Below are positions 1 to 8,900 of a stretch of DNA of 64,000 nt, in pieces (the first letter of the stretch is position 1; each line of letters begins with the position of its first letter). The notes under the pieces are model-generated. The model was not told the DNA's origin. It saw only the letters and a list, made by a program, of their open reading frames with translations, and made no database searches. The stretch comes from Bacillota bacterium. Its GTDB lineage: Bacteria; Bacillota; Clostridia; Peptostreptococcales; Anaerovoracaceae. Position numbers and translations under genes: made by a program. The DNA lies in NCBI GenBank assembly GCA_017443515.1, contig JAFRXM010000024.1, forward strand, positions 12,031-76,030. Reading direction: 5' to 3'.

Positions 1-1078
1 CGTAGACCTTGTCCTTCACCTCGTCTTCTATAACGAGCTCCTTGCCCTTCTCGTAGCTTCCGGGGTAGCCGTCGGAAGCCACCACCACGCAGCACGCGGC
101 GCCGTCGGAGAACCTTACGGTTATATTGCCCAGCCTTTCTTCTGTGACCGCCATCATTATGTTCAAAAGGTCGCTCTTAAGAAGCGGCAGCACCACCTGT
201 GTCTCCGGGTCGCCGAAGCGGCAGTTGTATTCTATAACTTTGGGGCCGTCCTTGCAGAGCATGAGCCCGAAGTACAGGCAGCCTTTGAATGTGCGTCCTT
301 CCTTGTTCATGGCTTCCATGGTGGGAAGGAAGATCTCCTTCATGCAGCGGTCCGCGATCTCCTTTGTGTAGTACGGATTTGGAGCTATGGTGCCCATGCC
401 GCCGGTATTGAGGCCCTTGTCACCGTCCAGGGCGCGCTTATGGTCCATGGAGGATACCATGGGTACCATCGCCTTACCGTCGGTAAAGCTAAGCACCGAA
501 ACTTCGGGGCCTTCCAGGAACTCCTCTATTACTATCTGGTTGCCGCTGGCGCCGAACTTCTTGTCCTCCATGATGGAGACTATGGCTTCTTCTGCCATCT
601 CGCGGGTCTCGGCTATGACTACGCCCTTGCCTAAAGCCAGGCCGTCGGCCTTTACGACTGTGGGTATGGGGCAGGTCTTTACGTATTCCAAAGCCTTCTT
701 GGCGTCGTCGAACACTTCGTAGGCGGCGGTGGGTATGCCGTATTTCTTCATGAGGTCCTTGGAGAAGACCTTGCTGCCCTCTATGATGGCGGCGTTCGCC
801 CTGGGGCCAAAGCACGGTATTCCGGCGGCCTCGAGCCTGTCCACGCAGCCGTCCACGAGCGGGTTGTCTGGAGCAACAACTGCGTAATCAACGCCGTGTC
901 CTACGGCAAACTCCACTATCTTATCCAGCTCGGAAGCCTTGATATCCACCAGCGTTGCGTCTTCCGCCATGCCGGCGTTTCCGGGCAGAGCGTAGAGCTC
1001 CTTTACGGTCTTGTTTTCCCTTATCTTCTTGATGATGGCGTGCTCTCTGCCGCCGCTTCCAACTACAAGGACTTTCAT
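1..1078 (-). CDS. purD: phosphoribosylamine--glycine ligase, C-terminus cut by the window edge
   Basis: Reverse-strand translation from the ATG at 1078-1076 reads MKVLVVGSGGREHAIIKKI...GLNTGGMGTIAPNPYY...EYNCRFGDPETQ, which is ATP-grasp PurD-like. It is absent from the ORF track because there is no stop in the window. Confidence 0.9.
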   Translation of the reverse strand, partial: MKVLVVGSGGREHAIIKKIRENKTVKELYALPGNAGMAEDATLVDIKASELDKIVEFAVGHGVDYAVVAPDNPLVDGCVDRLEAAGIPCFGPRANAAIIEGSKVFSKDLMKKYGIPTAAYEVFDDAKKALEYVKTCPIPTVVKADGLALGKGVVIAETREMAEEAIVSIMEDKKFGASGNQIVIEEFLEGPEVSVLSFTDGKAMVPMVSSMDHKRALDGDKGLNTGGMGTIAPNPYYTKEIADRCMKEIFLPTMEAMNKEGRTFKGCLYFGLMLCKDGPKVIEYNCRFGDPETQVVLPLLKSDLLNIMMAVTEERLGNITVRFSDGAACCVVVASDGYPGSYEKGKELVIEDEVKDKVY

Positions 1079-1094
1079 CTCAGCGCTTCTCCCT

Positions 1095-2801
1095 TCAGTT
1101 ATTTCCTGTCTTTTCTAAATATGTTGTTCTAAGCATGTTCCATTCCAGGTCCAGATCGTCGTGGGCCTTGTAAAGCGGATCCCTCCAGTAGAACTGGTAG
1201 TCCGTCGGACCGTCAGGGTAGTTGTAGCCCATCTGCTTGCGCAGCAGCTGGTAGCGCGGCTCGTCCCCTCTCCAGCCGGAGTGGGCGTCGCCTACGGTAT
1301 CGTTGACCCTGCAGTTAGGAGCGAGCTTTCTGAACTCCTCGATCTGGCTCTTGGGTATGCCTGTGTGGTTTCCTATCCACAGCCTTTCCAGCTGCGTAAG
1401 CCCGAAGATGGGGCTCAGGTCCTTCAGCCTTGGATTGTGGCAGATGTTGAGGTGCTTCAGTTCGTGCATCTCCGACAGCGGCGAAAGATCGGTTATCCAG
1501 CTGGTGAAGATCTCGAAGAACTCCAGGTGCGTGCAGTTCTTGATGGGCGAAATGTCGTGGACGTCGCCCCACATGACTATGAACACCTCAAGCTTGGGCA
1601 TATATTGTACAAAATCGATGTATTTGAGTTTTTCGTTGTGGCCGATGTCCAGGTACTTGACGTCTGTGCAGTACTTGAGCGGTTCTGCTGTGGCCGGTGT
1701 GAGCGATCCTGCAGTCTCCGGGGCGCTTGCGAGTATCTTTTCCACGTCCGTGCGCACCGAATAGACCTTGCCAAGCCACACGCGCCAGACCACCTTGATA
1801 TCCGGGAAATCGTCGCGGATGGCAGCCATGTGCTCGTTGTCTACGTTGCAGGTGTCCATGTCGAGCCAGGTGAGTTTAGGCATGCACGCGATGACCTCGC
1901 GCACCGCCGCGCCCTGGTCGGTCATCTTTCTCTGGTGGAGATCCAGCTTTTCGGCGTTCATGCTTACGATCTTGTCGAAGAAGCTGAAGCGGTAGTCCAC
2001 TGTAAAGTCCGGGTGGTCTTTCTGGAACGCGTAGACTTCGGGCAGCTTGCTGTAGCCCTCAAGGTCGGTGCCGAAATCCACGGTCTTAAGCCCCGGAAGG
2101 TGCGTCATCACCATGTTCAGCTGGCTGAATGCCTCCTGCGAGGGCTCGCTGATCTCGGCCTTTTCCGCGCCTATGGTAACGGGCGATCCGGCTATGTCCA
2201 CGGTGCCTTTGAACTCGACGTCCGGGTACTCCTGAATAAGGCGGCTGAACTCTGCAGCCTTCTCGTTATCCAGCGTGAGGACGCCTACGACATCCCAGCC
2301 CGGATAGTCCTTGTGGAAGGCCTCCAATTCGTCCGCCGTCCACTTCGAAAGATCCAGCTTGACGGTATCGAGGTCCCTTATGTATTTCGCGTGCTCGCCG
2401 GCTATTGCAAGCGCTTCCTCGCGGCCGAAAGCCGAAAGATCCGCCACCTTTGCGGCCTCGTCGTAGGAAGCCCCTTCCGGAAGCCCTACACCGTAGTGCA
2501 CCGCTATCTCCGGATGAGCCGAAGCCCACTCGTATATCTGTTTGTAGCATTCGCTGCCGGTAAGATCAGCCTCCTTAAGAGCCTTGAACTTCTCCAGCTT
2601 TTGCACTTCGCTTTCCGTAACCGGAAGCGCTATGCTTTCCGCGTTGGAAAAATAGATGCCATTTTTAAAGATCAGCAGGCTGTTGCTAAGTACGAGGGAA
2701 AGGAACGCTACTATCAGCAGCGCGACCACCGCGATGAGCCCTTTTGCCCACGGGCGGAGCCCCTTTTTGCTTTGATTCATTTCAGATACTTGATCAGACA
2801 T
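1095..2801 (-). CDS. membrane-anchored leucine-rich-repeat protein, function unknown
   Basis: 568-aa ORF. It has an N-terminal basic stretch and a hydrophobic helix (LIAVVALLIVAFLSLVL). The C-terminal part has LRR-like segments (LKYLDIGHNEKLKYIDF, LKHLNICHNPRLKDLSPI, LERLWIGN). Confidence 0.55.
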   Translation of the reverse strand: MSDQVSEMNQSKKGLRPWAKGLIAVVALLIVAFLSLVLSNSLLIFKNGIYFSNAESIALPVTESEVQKLEKFKALKEADLTGSECYKQIYEWASAHPEIAVHYGVGLPEGASYDEAAKVADLSAFGREEALAIAGEHAKYIRDLDTVKLDLSKWTADELEAFHKDYPGWDVVGVLTLDNEKAAEFSRLIQEYPDVEFKGTVDIAGSPVTIGAEKAEISEPSQEAFSQLNMVMTHLPGLKTVDFGTDLEGYSKLPEVYAFQKDHPDFTVDYRFSFFDKIVSMNAEKLDLHQRKMTDQGAAVREVIACMPKLTWLDMDTCNVDNEHMAAIRDDFPDIKVVWRVWLGKVYSVRTDVEKILASAPETAGSLTPATAEPLKYCTDVKYLDIGHNEKLKYIDFVQYMPKLEVFIVMWGDVHDISPIKNCTHLEFFEIFTSWITDLSPLSEMHELKHLNICHNPRLKDLSPIFGLTQLERLWIGNHTGIPKSQIEEFRKLAPNCRVNDTVGDAHSGWRGDEPRYQLLRKQMGYNYPDGPTDYQFYWRDPLYKAHDDLDLEWNMLRTTYLEKTGNN

Positions 2802-2884
2802 AATAAACCCTTAACGACGCAATATTGTAAGATATATTATATCAAATACATAGAGCAACTGCAAAACAAAACTGCTGCGGCGCC

Positions 2885-2913
2885 TTGACAAAAACCCGGG
2901 CGCGGACTATAAT
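2885..2913 (+). promoter_or_regulatory. sigma-A type promoter of the zur-znu operon
   Basis: TTGACA (2885-2890), a 17-nt spacer, then TATAAT (2908-2913). AGGAGG lies at 2941-2946 and the ATG at 2954. Confidence 0.6.
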
Positions 2914-2931
2914 TGAGAACGATTCTCAATT
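2911..2931. promoter_or_regulatory. 21-bp palindromic operator, candidate Zur/Fur-family box
   Basis: AATTGAGAA-CGA-TTCTCAATT has perfect 9-bp arms. It overlaps the -10 hexamer and the start-site region of the zur promoter. Confidence 0.5.
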
Positions 2932-2953
2932 TCAAAAAGCAGGAGGAAACACG

Positions 2954-3370
2954 ATGGATCCACGCGCGAATTACAGGACAAAACAGAGGGAGATGCTTAT
3001 AGGCTACCTTAAGACTGTACCCGGAGTCCACATCACAGCCAGCGACGTCTGCGAGTACTTCAGAACGCACGGCGCTCCCATCAGCCAGGCTACCGTCTAC
3101 AGGCAGCTGGAAAAGCTCGTTGGTGAAGGCGTGCTCAACAAGTACATCATCGACGCCGGCAGTCCCGCCTGCTTTGAGTATGTGAGCGCAGATTCCCACA
3201 GCGGCGGAGAGGTCTGCTTCCACTGCAAGTGCGAAAAGTGCGGAAAACTCATACACATGCACTGCGAAGAGCTGGAGGAGATCCAGGCTCACTTAAGCGC
3301 GGAGCATCATTTCAAGTTAGACCCGATGCGTACGGTCTTCTACGGCCTGTGCGAGGAGTGCAGAATATGA
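2954..3370 (+). CDS. zur: Fur-family metalloregulator, probably Zur
   Basis: MDPRANYRTKQREMLIGYL...ATVYRQLEKLV is a winged helix. The C-terminus has CxxC motifs (CFHCKCEKCGK...GLCEECR). The gene is the first in an operon with a zinc-type ABC importer. I chose the ATG with an RBS at 2954 over the TTG at 2885. Confidence 0.7.
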   Translation: MDPRANYRTKQREMLIGYLKTVPGVHITASDVCEYFRTHGAPISQATVYRQLEKLVGEGVLNKYIIDAGSPACFEYVSADSHSGGEVCFHCKCEKCGKLIHMHCEELEEIQAHLSAEHHFKLDPMRTVFYGLCEECRI

Positions 3371-4347
3371 AAAAGATAATTGCTGTCATTGAAGCCGCAG
3401 CGCTGCTTATAGGGAGCCTCGCCTCGTGCGGTACCGGCGGCAAAACGCCTTCCGGCAGCGGCAAGCCCCACATAGTAACGACTATCTTCCCTGAATACGA
3501 CTGGGTCATAAATATACTCGGAGATGATCCGGCTGGCGCCGATGTCACGATGCTGCTCGACAACGGCGTGGACCTTCACAGCTTCCAGCCCACTGCAGCG
3601 GACATACTCAGCATAGCTACCTGCGACATGTTCATATACGTCGGGGGCGAGTCCGATAAGTGGGTGGAGGACGCGCTGAAAAAGTCGACGAACAAGGACA
3701 TGGTCATAATAGACCTGCTTGAAGTTCTCGGCGACGCCGCAAAGGAAGAAGAGATGACCGAAGGCATGCAGGAAGAAGAACACGAGCACGAGCACGAAGA
3801 CGAAGGCCCGGAATACGACGAGCACGTATGGCTGTCGCTTAAAAACGCCGCAGTTCTTACGGAAAGCATCTCGCAGGCCATACAAAAGCTCGACCCGGCA
3901 AATGCGGAAATCTACAGGAAAAACACCGCCGCCTACATAGAAAAGCTAGATGCGCTGGACGCGCAGTACAAGTCCGCGGCAGACAGCGCCAGGTTCAAAA
4001 CGCTGCTCTTCGGCGACCGCTTTCCCTTCCGCTATCTTACGGACGACTACGGTCTTAAGTACTACGCCGCGTTCTCCGGCTGTTCGGCCGAGACCGAGGC
4101 CAGTTTTGAGACCATAAGCTTCCTTGCGCAGAAGATGGACGAGCTTTCTCTTCCCGCTGTCATGACCATAGAAAAGACGGACCACAGGATAGCCGAGACT
4201 ATCGTGCGCAGCACTACGGCTAAGGACCAGAAGATACTCACGCTCGACTCGATGCAGTCAGTTACCGCAAAGGACGCCGCGGGCGGCGCCACATACCTTT
4301 CCATCATGGAAAACAATCTGTCCGTCCTTAAGGACGCTCTTAACTAG
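3367..4347 (+). CDS. znuA: metal (zinc) ABC transporter substrate-binding lipoprotein
   Basis: The start ATG overlaps the zur stop (ATGA). Signal and lipobox: MKKIIAVIEAAALLIGSLASCG. There is a His/Glu-rich loop (EEEHEHEHEDEGPEYDEHVW), typical of ZnuA/AdcA-type cluster-9 binding proteins. Confidence 0.8.
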   Translation: MKKIIAVIEAAALLIGSLASCGTGGKTPSGSGKPHIVTTIFPEYDWVINILGDDPAGADVTMLLDNGVDLHSFQPTAADILSIATCDMFIYVGGESDKWVEDALKKSTNKDMVIIDLLEVLGDAAKEEEMTEGMQEEEHEHEHEDEGPEYDEHVWLSLKNAAVLTESISQAIQKLDPANAEIYRKNTAAYIEKLDALDAQYKSAADSARFKTLLFGDRFPFRYLTDDYGLKYYAAFSGCSAETEASFETISFLAQKMDELSLPAVMTIEKTDHRIAETIVRSTTAKDQKILTLDSMQSVTAKDAAGGATYLSIMENNLSVLKDALN

Positions 4348-4356
4348 GAGGCTTTT

Positions 4357-5073
4357 ATGGCTCTACTGACAGTTTCAGACCTGTCGCTCGGCTACGAATC
4401 GCACGCCATAGCAGAAGGCATCAGCTTTACGGTGAACGCCGGCGATTACCTCTGCATAGTGGGTGAAAACGGTTCCGGCAAGACGACCCTGATGAAGACC
4501 CTGCTCCGCCTGCAGGATCCGATAAGCGGCAGCATAACAACAGGCGACGGCCTTAAAAGAAGCGAGATAGGCTACCTGCCGCAGCAGACCGCCATCCAGA
4601 AGGATTTCCCCGCGTCCGTGCGCGAGATAGTGCTCTCGGGGTGCCAGGGGCGCTGCGGGTTCAGGCCGTTCTACAGCAAGGAAGAAAAGCTACTTGCGGA
4701 AAAAAACATGGAGCGCATGGGCGTGACAGCGCTTGCGGACCGCTGCTACCGCGAGCTTTCCGGCGGACAGCAGCAGCGCGTCCTTTTGGCAAGGGCTCTT
4801 TGCGCTACTGGAAAGGTCCTGCTTTTGGACGAGCCCGTATCAGGGCTGGATCCCAAAGTCACCGCGGAGATGTACAGCCTCATCGCGCAGCTCAACCGCG
4901 AAGGGCTTACGGTCATCATGATAAGCCACGACATAGCGGCTGCCGTAAAGTACGCAAGCCACATCCTGCACATAGGGGCAAAGGTATTCTTCGGCACCCG
5001 CGACGAGTACCTTGGAAGCGAAGCCGGAACGAACTTCCTTACGCAGCAGAAAGGAGGCGGCGCAGATGTTTGA
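4357..5073 (+). CDS. znuC: metal ABC transporter ATP-binding protein
   Basis: Walker A GENGSGKTT, ABC signature LSGGQQQR, Walker B LLLDEP. An AGGAGG RBS lies upstream. Confidence 0.85.
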   Translation: MALLTVSDLSLGYESHAIAEGISFTVNAGDYLCIVGENGSGKTTLMKTLLRLQDPISGSITTGDGLKRSEIGYLPQQTAIQKDFPASVREIVLSGCQGRCGFRPFYSKEEKLLAEKNMERMGVTALADRCYRELSGGQQQRVLLARALCATGKVLLLDEPVSGLDPKVTAEMYSLIAQLNREGLTVIMISHDIAAAVKYASHILHIGAKVFFGTRDEYLGSEAGTNFLTQQKGGGADV

Positions 5074-5911
5074 GAAACTAGCTCTGTATCTTCAGTATCC
5101 CTTCGTCCGCTACGCTCTGATAGTCGGGGTGCTTATTGCACTCTGCTCTTCCCTGCTCGGCGTGACTCTGGTGCTGAAAAGGTTCTCTTTTATCGGCGAC
5201 GGGCTCTCGCACGTGGCGTTCGGCGCCATGGCGATAGCGGCAGTCCTCAACCTTTCGAACGACATGCTGCTGATCCTTCCGATAACTGTCATCAGCGCAG
5301 TGCTTCTGCTGCGCACAGGGCAGCACACCAGGATCAAGGGCGACGCCTCTATAGCCATGATATCCGTAGGGGCGCTGGCCTTCGGCTACCTGATCATGAA
5401 CATCTTTTCGACCTCGTCGAATATATCCGGAGACGTGTGCAGCACCCTGTTCGGCTCCACTTCCATACTGACCCTCAGCAAGACGGAAGTCTGGCTGAGC
5501 GCTGCGCTTTCGGTGCTGGCGGTCATGATCTTCGTGCTGTTTTACAACAAGATATTCGCCGTGACTTTCGACGAGGATTTCGCAAGAGCCAGCGGCATAA
5601 AAACGAATGCTTATAACCTGATGATAGCAGTGGTCATCGCTGTCATAATTGTTCTGGCCATGAACCTGGTAGGATCGCTGCTGATCTCTGCCCTGGTCAT
5701 CTTCCCGGCACTGTCCGCGATGAGGATCTTTAAAAGCTTTAAGAGCGTTACCATATGCTCCGCAGTGCTTTCTGTCATCTGCGCGCTTCTTGGGATCATC
5801 ATCTCCATACTGGCCGGAACACCTGTAGGCTCCACCATCGTCGCCGTAGACGTGGTGGCGTTTGCGCTGTGCTATGCAACAGGGATAATTGCGGGGAGGG
5901 CCAAAAAATGA
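5066..5911 (+). CDS. znuB: metal ABC transporter permease
   Basis: Polytopic hydrophobic protein starting MFEKLALYLQYPFVRYALIVG. A GGAGG lies 8 nt upstream and the gene overlaps the znuC stop. The ORF-track start at 5012 lies inside znuC. Confidence 0.8.
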   Translation: MFEKLALYLQYPFVRYALIVGVLIALCSSLLGVTLVLKRFSFIGDGLSHVAFGAMAIAAVLNLSNDMLLILPITVISAVLLLRTGQHTRIKGDASIAMISVGALAFGYLIMNIFSTSSNISGDVCSTLFGSTSILTLSKTEVWLSAALSVLAVMIFVLFYNKIFAVTFDEDFARASGIKTNAYNLMIAVVIAVIIVLAMNLVGSLLISALVIFPALSAMRIFKSFKSVTICSAVLSVICALLGIIISILAGTPVGSTIVAVDVVAFALCYATGIIAGRAKK

Positions 5912-6348
5912 AAAGGTTGCTGAGTCTCATCCTCTGCCTGGCGATGGTACTGACCTTCGCCGGGTGCGGGAAAAGCGGAAAAAACAAAGAGCCGGAGAGC
6001 AGCGTCGATGTGGATCTGACTGTGCTCTCCAGCACTATGGTCTATTCTGAAGTATATAACATGATAACCAACCCCGGTAATTACAAGGGGAAGACCGTGA
6101 AAATGAGCGGCCCGTTTGCCACCTATCACGACGATGCAACAAGCAAAGACTACTTTGCCTGCATCATCCAGGACGCCACAGCCTGCTGCTCCCAGGGGAT
6201 AGAATTCGTTCTTGCCGGCAACTACAAGTATCCGGATGATTATCCCGAATTAGGTGATACTATATGTGTTGCCGGCGAGTTCGACACCTATATCGAAGGC
6301 AATTACACCTACTGCACCCTCAGGAACGCAAGACTGCTGTCCGAGTAG
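5908..6348 (+). CDS. Cys-rich lipoprotein (CCSQG motif), last gene of the znu operon
   Basis: ATGA overlap with the znuB stop. Lipobox in MKRLLSLILCLAMVLTFAGCG. Conserved Cys residues lie in FACIIQDATACCSQGIEF and YCTLRNARLL. It is a paralog of 22808-23389. Confidence 0.65.
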   Translation: MKRLLSLILCLAMVLTFAGCGKSGKNKEPESSVDVDLTVLSSTMVYSEVYNMITNPGNYKGKTVKMSGPFATYHDDATSKDYFACIIQDATACCSQGIEFVLAGNYKYPDDYPELGDTICVAGEFDTYIEGNYTYCTLRNARLLSE

Positions 6349-6350
6349 TA

Positions 6351-7526
6351 TCAGTGGTGGAACAGGCGCATGCCGGTGAACGCCATGACCATGTTGTACT
6401 TGTTGGCTGTCTCGATGACGTTATCGTCGCGGATGGATCCGCCGGGCTCGGCTATGTACTGAGCGCCTGACTTGCGAGCCCTTTCGATGTTGTCGCCGAA
6501 GGGGAAGAACGCGTCGGAACCGACGGTGACGCCCTTCTGTGTGGCTATCCACGCCTTCTTTTCTTCCGCCGTGAATACCGGCGGTTTTTCTTTAAATACC
6601 TTCTGCCACTCGCCGTCGCGGAGTACGTCTTCATACTCGTCGGAGGTGTAGACGTCTATTGCGTTGTCGCGCTCGGGGCGGCGCACATCGTCCTTCCAGG
6701 GCAGGCTCAGGACCTGCGGGCTCTGCCTGAGGTACCAGTTGTCGGCCTTGCTGCCCGCGAGCCTTGTGCAGTGGATGCGGCTCTGCTGGCCTGCGCCAAC
6801 GCCTATTGCCATGCCGTCTTTTACGTAGCAGACGGAGTTGCTCTGGGTGTATTTCAGCGTGATGAGGGATACGATGAGGTCTATGACCGCGTCCTTGGGC
6901 AGTTCCTTGTTCTCGGTGACGATGTTCTTTAAGAGCTCCTCGCCTATCTTGAAGTTATTGTGTCCCTGCTCGAAGGTGATGCCGAACACATCCTTGGTCT
7001 CCTGCGGAGCGCAGACGTAGTTCTCGTCGATCTGGATGACGTTGTACTTGCCCTTCTTCTTGGTCTTTAGGATCTCCAGCGCTTCGTCGGTGTAGCCCGG
7101 GGCTATGACGCCGTCGGAGACCTCGTCCTTAAGATAGGTTGCTGCGGAAGCGTCGCAGACGTCGGAAAGTGCCGCCCAGTCGCCGTAGCTGCAGAGCCTG
7201 TCGGCGCCACGCGCCCTGATGTAGGCGCTTGCTATGGGAGAGACTTCCTTCTGCTCTACGAAGTAGATCTTCCTGTCGATGTCGGTAAGCGGCCTTGCTA
7301 CTGCAGCGCCTGCCGGGGATACGTGCTTGAAGCTGGCTGCGCAGGGAAGCCCGGTGGCCTCCTTAAGCTCCTTTACGAGCTGCCAGGAATTGAGCGCATC
7401 CATGAAGTTGATGTAGCCAGGGCGGCCGTTGAGTATGGTGAATGGAAGCTCGGAGCCGTCCTTCATGTAGACGGTAGCCGGCTTCTGATTGGGATTGCAT
7501 CCGTATTTGAGTTCGAAAAGTTTCAT
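6351..7526 (-). CDS. purH: AICAR formyltransferase (stand-alone AICARFT-type PurH)
   Basis: 391 aa: MKLFELKYGCNPNQKPA...FKHVSPAGAA...GAGQQSRIHCTRLA...GSIRD. It lacks the MGS-like cyclohydrolase domain, which is supplied by the adjacent purO. Confidence 0.85.
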   Translation of the reverse strand: MKLFELKYGCNPNQKPATVYMKDGSELPFTILNGRPGYINFMDALNSWQLVKELKEATGLPCAASFKHVSPAGAAVARPLTDIDRKIYFVEQKEVSPIASAYIRARGADRLCSYGDWAALSDVCDASAATYLKDEVSDGVIAPGYTDEALEILKTKKKGKYNVIQIDENYVCAPQETKDVFGITFEQGHNNFKIGEELLKNIVTENKELPKDAVIDLIVSLITLKYTQSNSVCYVKDGMAIGVGAGQQSRIHCTRLAGSKADNWYLRQSPQVLSLPWKDDVRRPERDNAIDVYTSDEYEDVLRDGEWQKVFKEKPPVFTAEEKKAWIATQKGVTVGSDAFFPFGDNIERARKSGAQYIAEPGGSIRDDNVIETANKYNMVMAFTGMRLFHH

Positions 7527-7543
7527 AATTTATCTCCGTTTCC

Positions 7544-7568
7544 GTGGAGAAGAACCGTCCCTCTCCAC
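7544..7568 (-). repeat. loop-conserved hairpin repeat, GTGGAGA-stem class (copy A)
   Basis: GTGGAGA-AGAACCGTCCC-TCTCCAC. It lies 9 nt downstream of the purO stop. It is the exact reverse complement of copy F (45694-45718). Confidence 0.9.
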
Positions 7569-7577
7569 TAATCTCCA

Positions 7578-8207
7578 CTAATCTCCGAGGTGTTTGTTGT
7601 AGAGGGTCACTTCGCCGGCCACGTAGGCGTAGAAGGACACTTTGTTGTCGGCGTTGAGAGCCTCCCAGACCTCGTCCGGGGTGGGAAGGTCGACTTCTAT
7701 AGGCTCGCCCGCGAAGCTTGGCAGCGGGCTGCCGTCGCCCTGGTAGGTGCTGATGAAGTAGCCCTTGCCTTTTTCCGCGCCTTCGTAGCAGAAGAACTCG
7801 CGCAGGCAGGTGCCGTTTAAGTGCTTGAGTATGGAAATGTCGAAGCTTCCGTCGTTGTAGATCATGGCGGAGATGCGCGGGGTGAAGTTCGGTTCGTCCG
7901 GCTCGTACTCGCGGGTCATGAGCGCCTTCTTGAAGCATCCCATCTCAGCTATGGTATCTGTCTGGTTGCCGTTTGTTACGATGAGGCCTTTGTCGGTCTT
8001 TCTTACCGGATGGTAGATGATGAGGCTGGGGTCAGCGACCTTGCTCTCGTCGAACGCGCGGGTCTCAATGCCGTCTTCGGTGAGCGCGAAGATGCGGTTG
8101 CGGCTGTTCTCGGAGCGGCCCATTATCCAGTAATAGGCGACATTCTTTCCGATGACTATGCCCCTGCCGGGGTAGCTTGTCTTTTTAAGGAATTTGATCA
8201 GATCCAT
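7578..8207 (-). CDS. purO: IMP cyclohydrolase, PurO-like
   Basis: MDLIKFLKKTSYPGRGIVIGK...YWIMGRSENSRNR resembles archaeal-type IMP cyclohydrolase. An AAGGAG RBS lies 7 nt before this ATG. Confidence 0.7.
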   Translation of the reverse strand: MDLIKFLKKTSYPGRGIVIGKNVAYYWIMGRSENSRNRIFALTEDGIETRAFDESKVADPSLIIYHPVRKTDKGLIVTNGNQTDTIAEMGCFKKALMTREYEPDEPNFTPRISAMIYNDGSFDISILKHLNGTCLREFFCYEGAEKGKGYFISTYQGDGSPLPSFAGEPIEVDLPTPDEVWEALNADNKVSFYAYVAGEVTLYNKHLGD

Positions 8208-8240
8208 GTTACTCTCCTTTAACACTGTATATCATTGGTT

Positions 8241-8852
8241 TTAAGACTTTATTATGCTGCTGCTGACGAGCTCTGCGGCCTGCGGAAGTATTATCCACTC
8301 GGCCTGCTCCATGACGCGCCTCTGCAGCACTTCGGGGGTGTCCCCGTCTTCTATATTGACCGCCTTTTGAAGTATTATGCGTCCGCCGTCGGGGATCTCG
8401 TTTACGAAATGCACCGTAGCGCCGGTGACCTTTACGCCGTACTCAAGCGCTCTTTCGTGCACTGTAAGGCCGTAGAAGCCCTCGCCGCAAAAGCTCGGGA
8501 TCAGCGACGGATGCACGTTTATGATGCGCTCCGGCCACTTCGATGTGAAGTCACCGCTGAGTATCGCAAGGAATCCGGCCAGGACTATAAGGTCTATCTT
8601 TTCAGCCGTAAGCAGCTCTTCTAAGGCCTTTTCGAAGCCCTCTTTCCCGCCGCATTCTCTGCGTGTGAGCGTTACAGCTTTGATGCCGGCCTTAGCCGCC
8701 CTTTCAAGAGCGTAGGCTCCGGCCTTGTTCGAGACCACAAGCACTATCTCGCCGCTATGGATGATGCCCGAATCCTGCGCGTCTATCAGCGCCTGGAGGT
8801 TGGTGCCGCCACCCGATACGAGCACCGCTATGCGGGCTTTTTTTTCATTCAT
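8241..8852 (-). CDS. purN: phosphoribosylglycinamide formyltransferase
   Basis: MNEKKARIAVLVSGGGTNLQALID...NVHPSLIPSFCG...TVHFV. The upstream 16 codons of the ORF-track call run through repeat copy B. Confidence 0.85.
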   Translation of the reverse strand: MNEKKARIAVLVSGGGTNLQALIDAQDSGIIHSGEIVLVVSNKAGAYALERAAKAGIKAVTLTRRECGGKEGFEKALEELLTAEKIDLIVLAGFLAILSGDFTSKWPERIINVHPSLIPSFCGEGFYGLTVHERALEYGVKVTGATVHFVNEIPDGGRIILQKAVNIEDGDTPEVLQRRVMEQAEWIILPQAAELVSSSIIKS

Positions 8853-8874
8853 GATCACACCGTCCTGTCTTATG

Positions 8875-8900
8875 GTGACAGAGAACCGTCCCCATGTCAC
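8875..8900 (-). repeat. loop-conserved hairpin repeat, GTGACA-stem class (copy B)
   Basis: GTGACA-GAGAACCGTCCCCA-TGTCAC. The purM stop codon (TGA, 8897-8899) is the TGA inside the RNA-sense stem GUGACA. Confidence 0.9.

Noticed and set aside
6346-6353. The convergent genes (CCSQG lipoprotein and purH) have stop codons only 2 nt apart, with no terminator between them.
   Set aside because: This is real in the sequence, but without transcript data it is only a compact-genome curiosity. I found no hidden structure there.
8875-8900. The hairpins at TGA stop codons could be bacterial SECIS elements directing selenocysteine insertion.
   Set aside because: The TGA lies inside the 5' stem rather than about 11 nt upstream of the hairpin. 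Read-through would add only a few residues before another stop; after purM it gives HGDGSLSP then TAA. The same element occurs after TAA and TAG stops, in both orientations and in non-coding positions.
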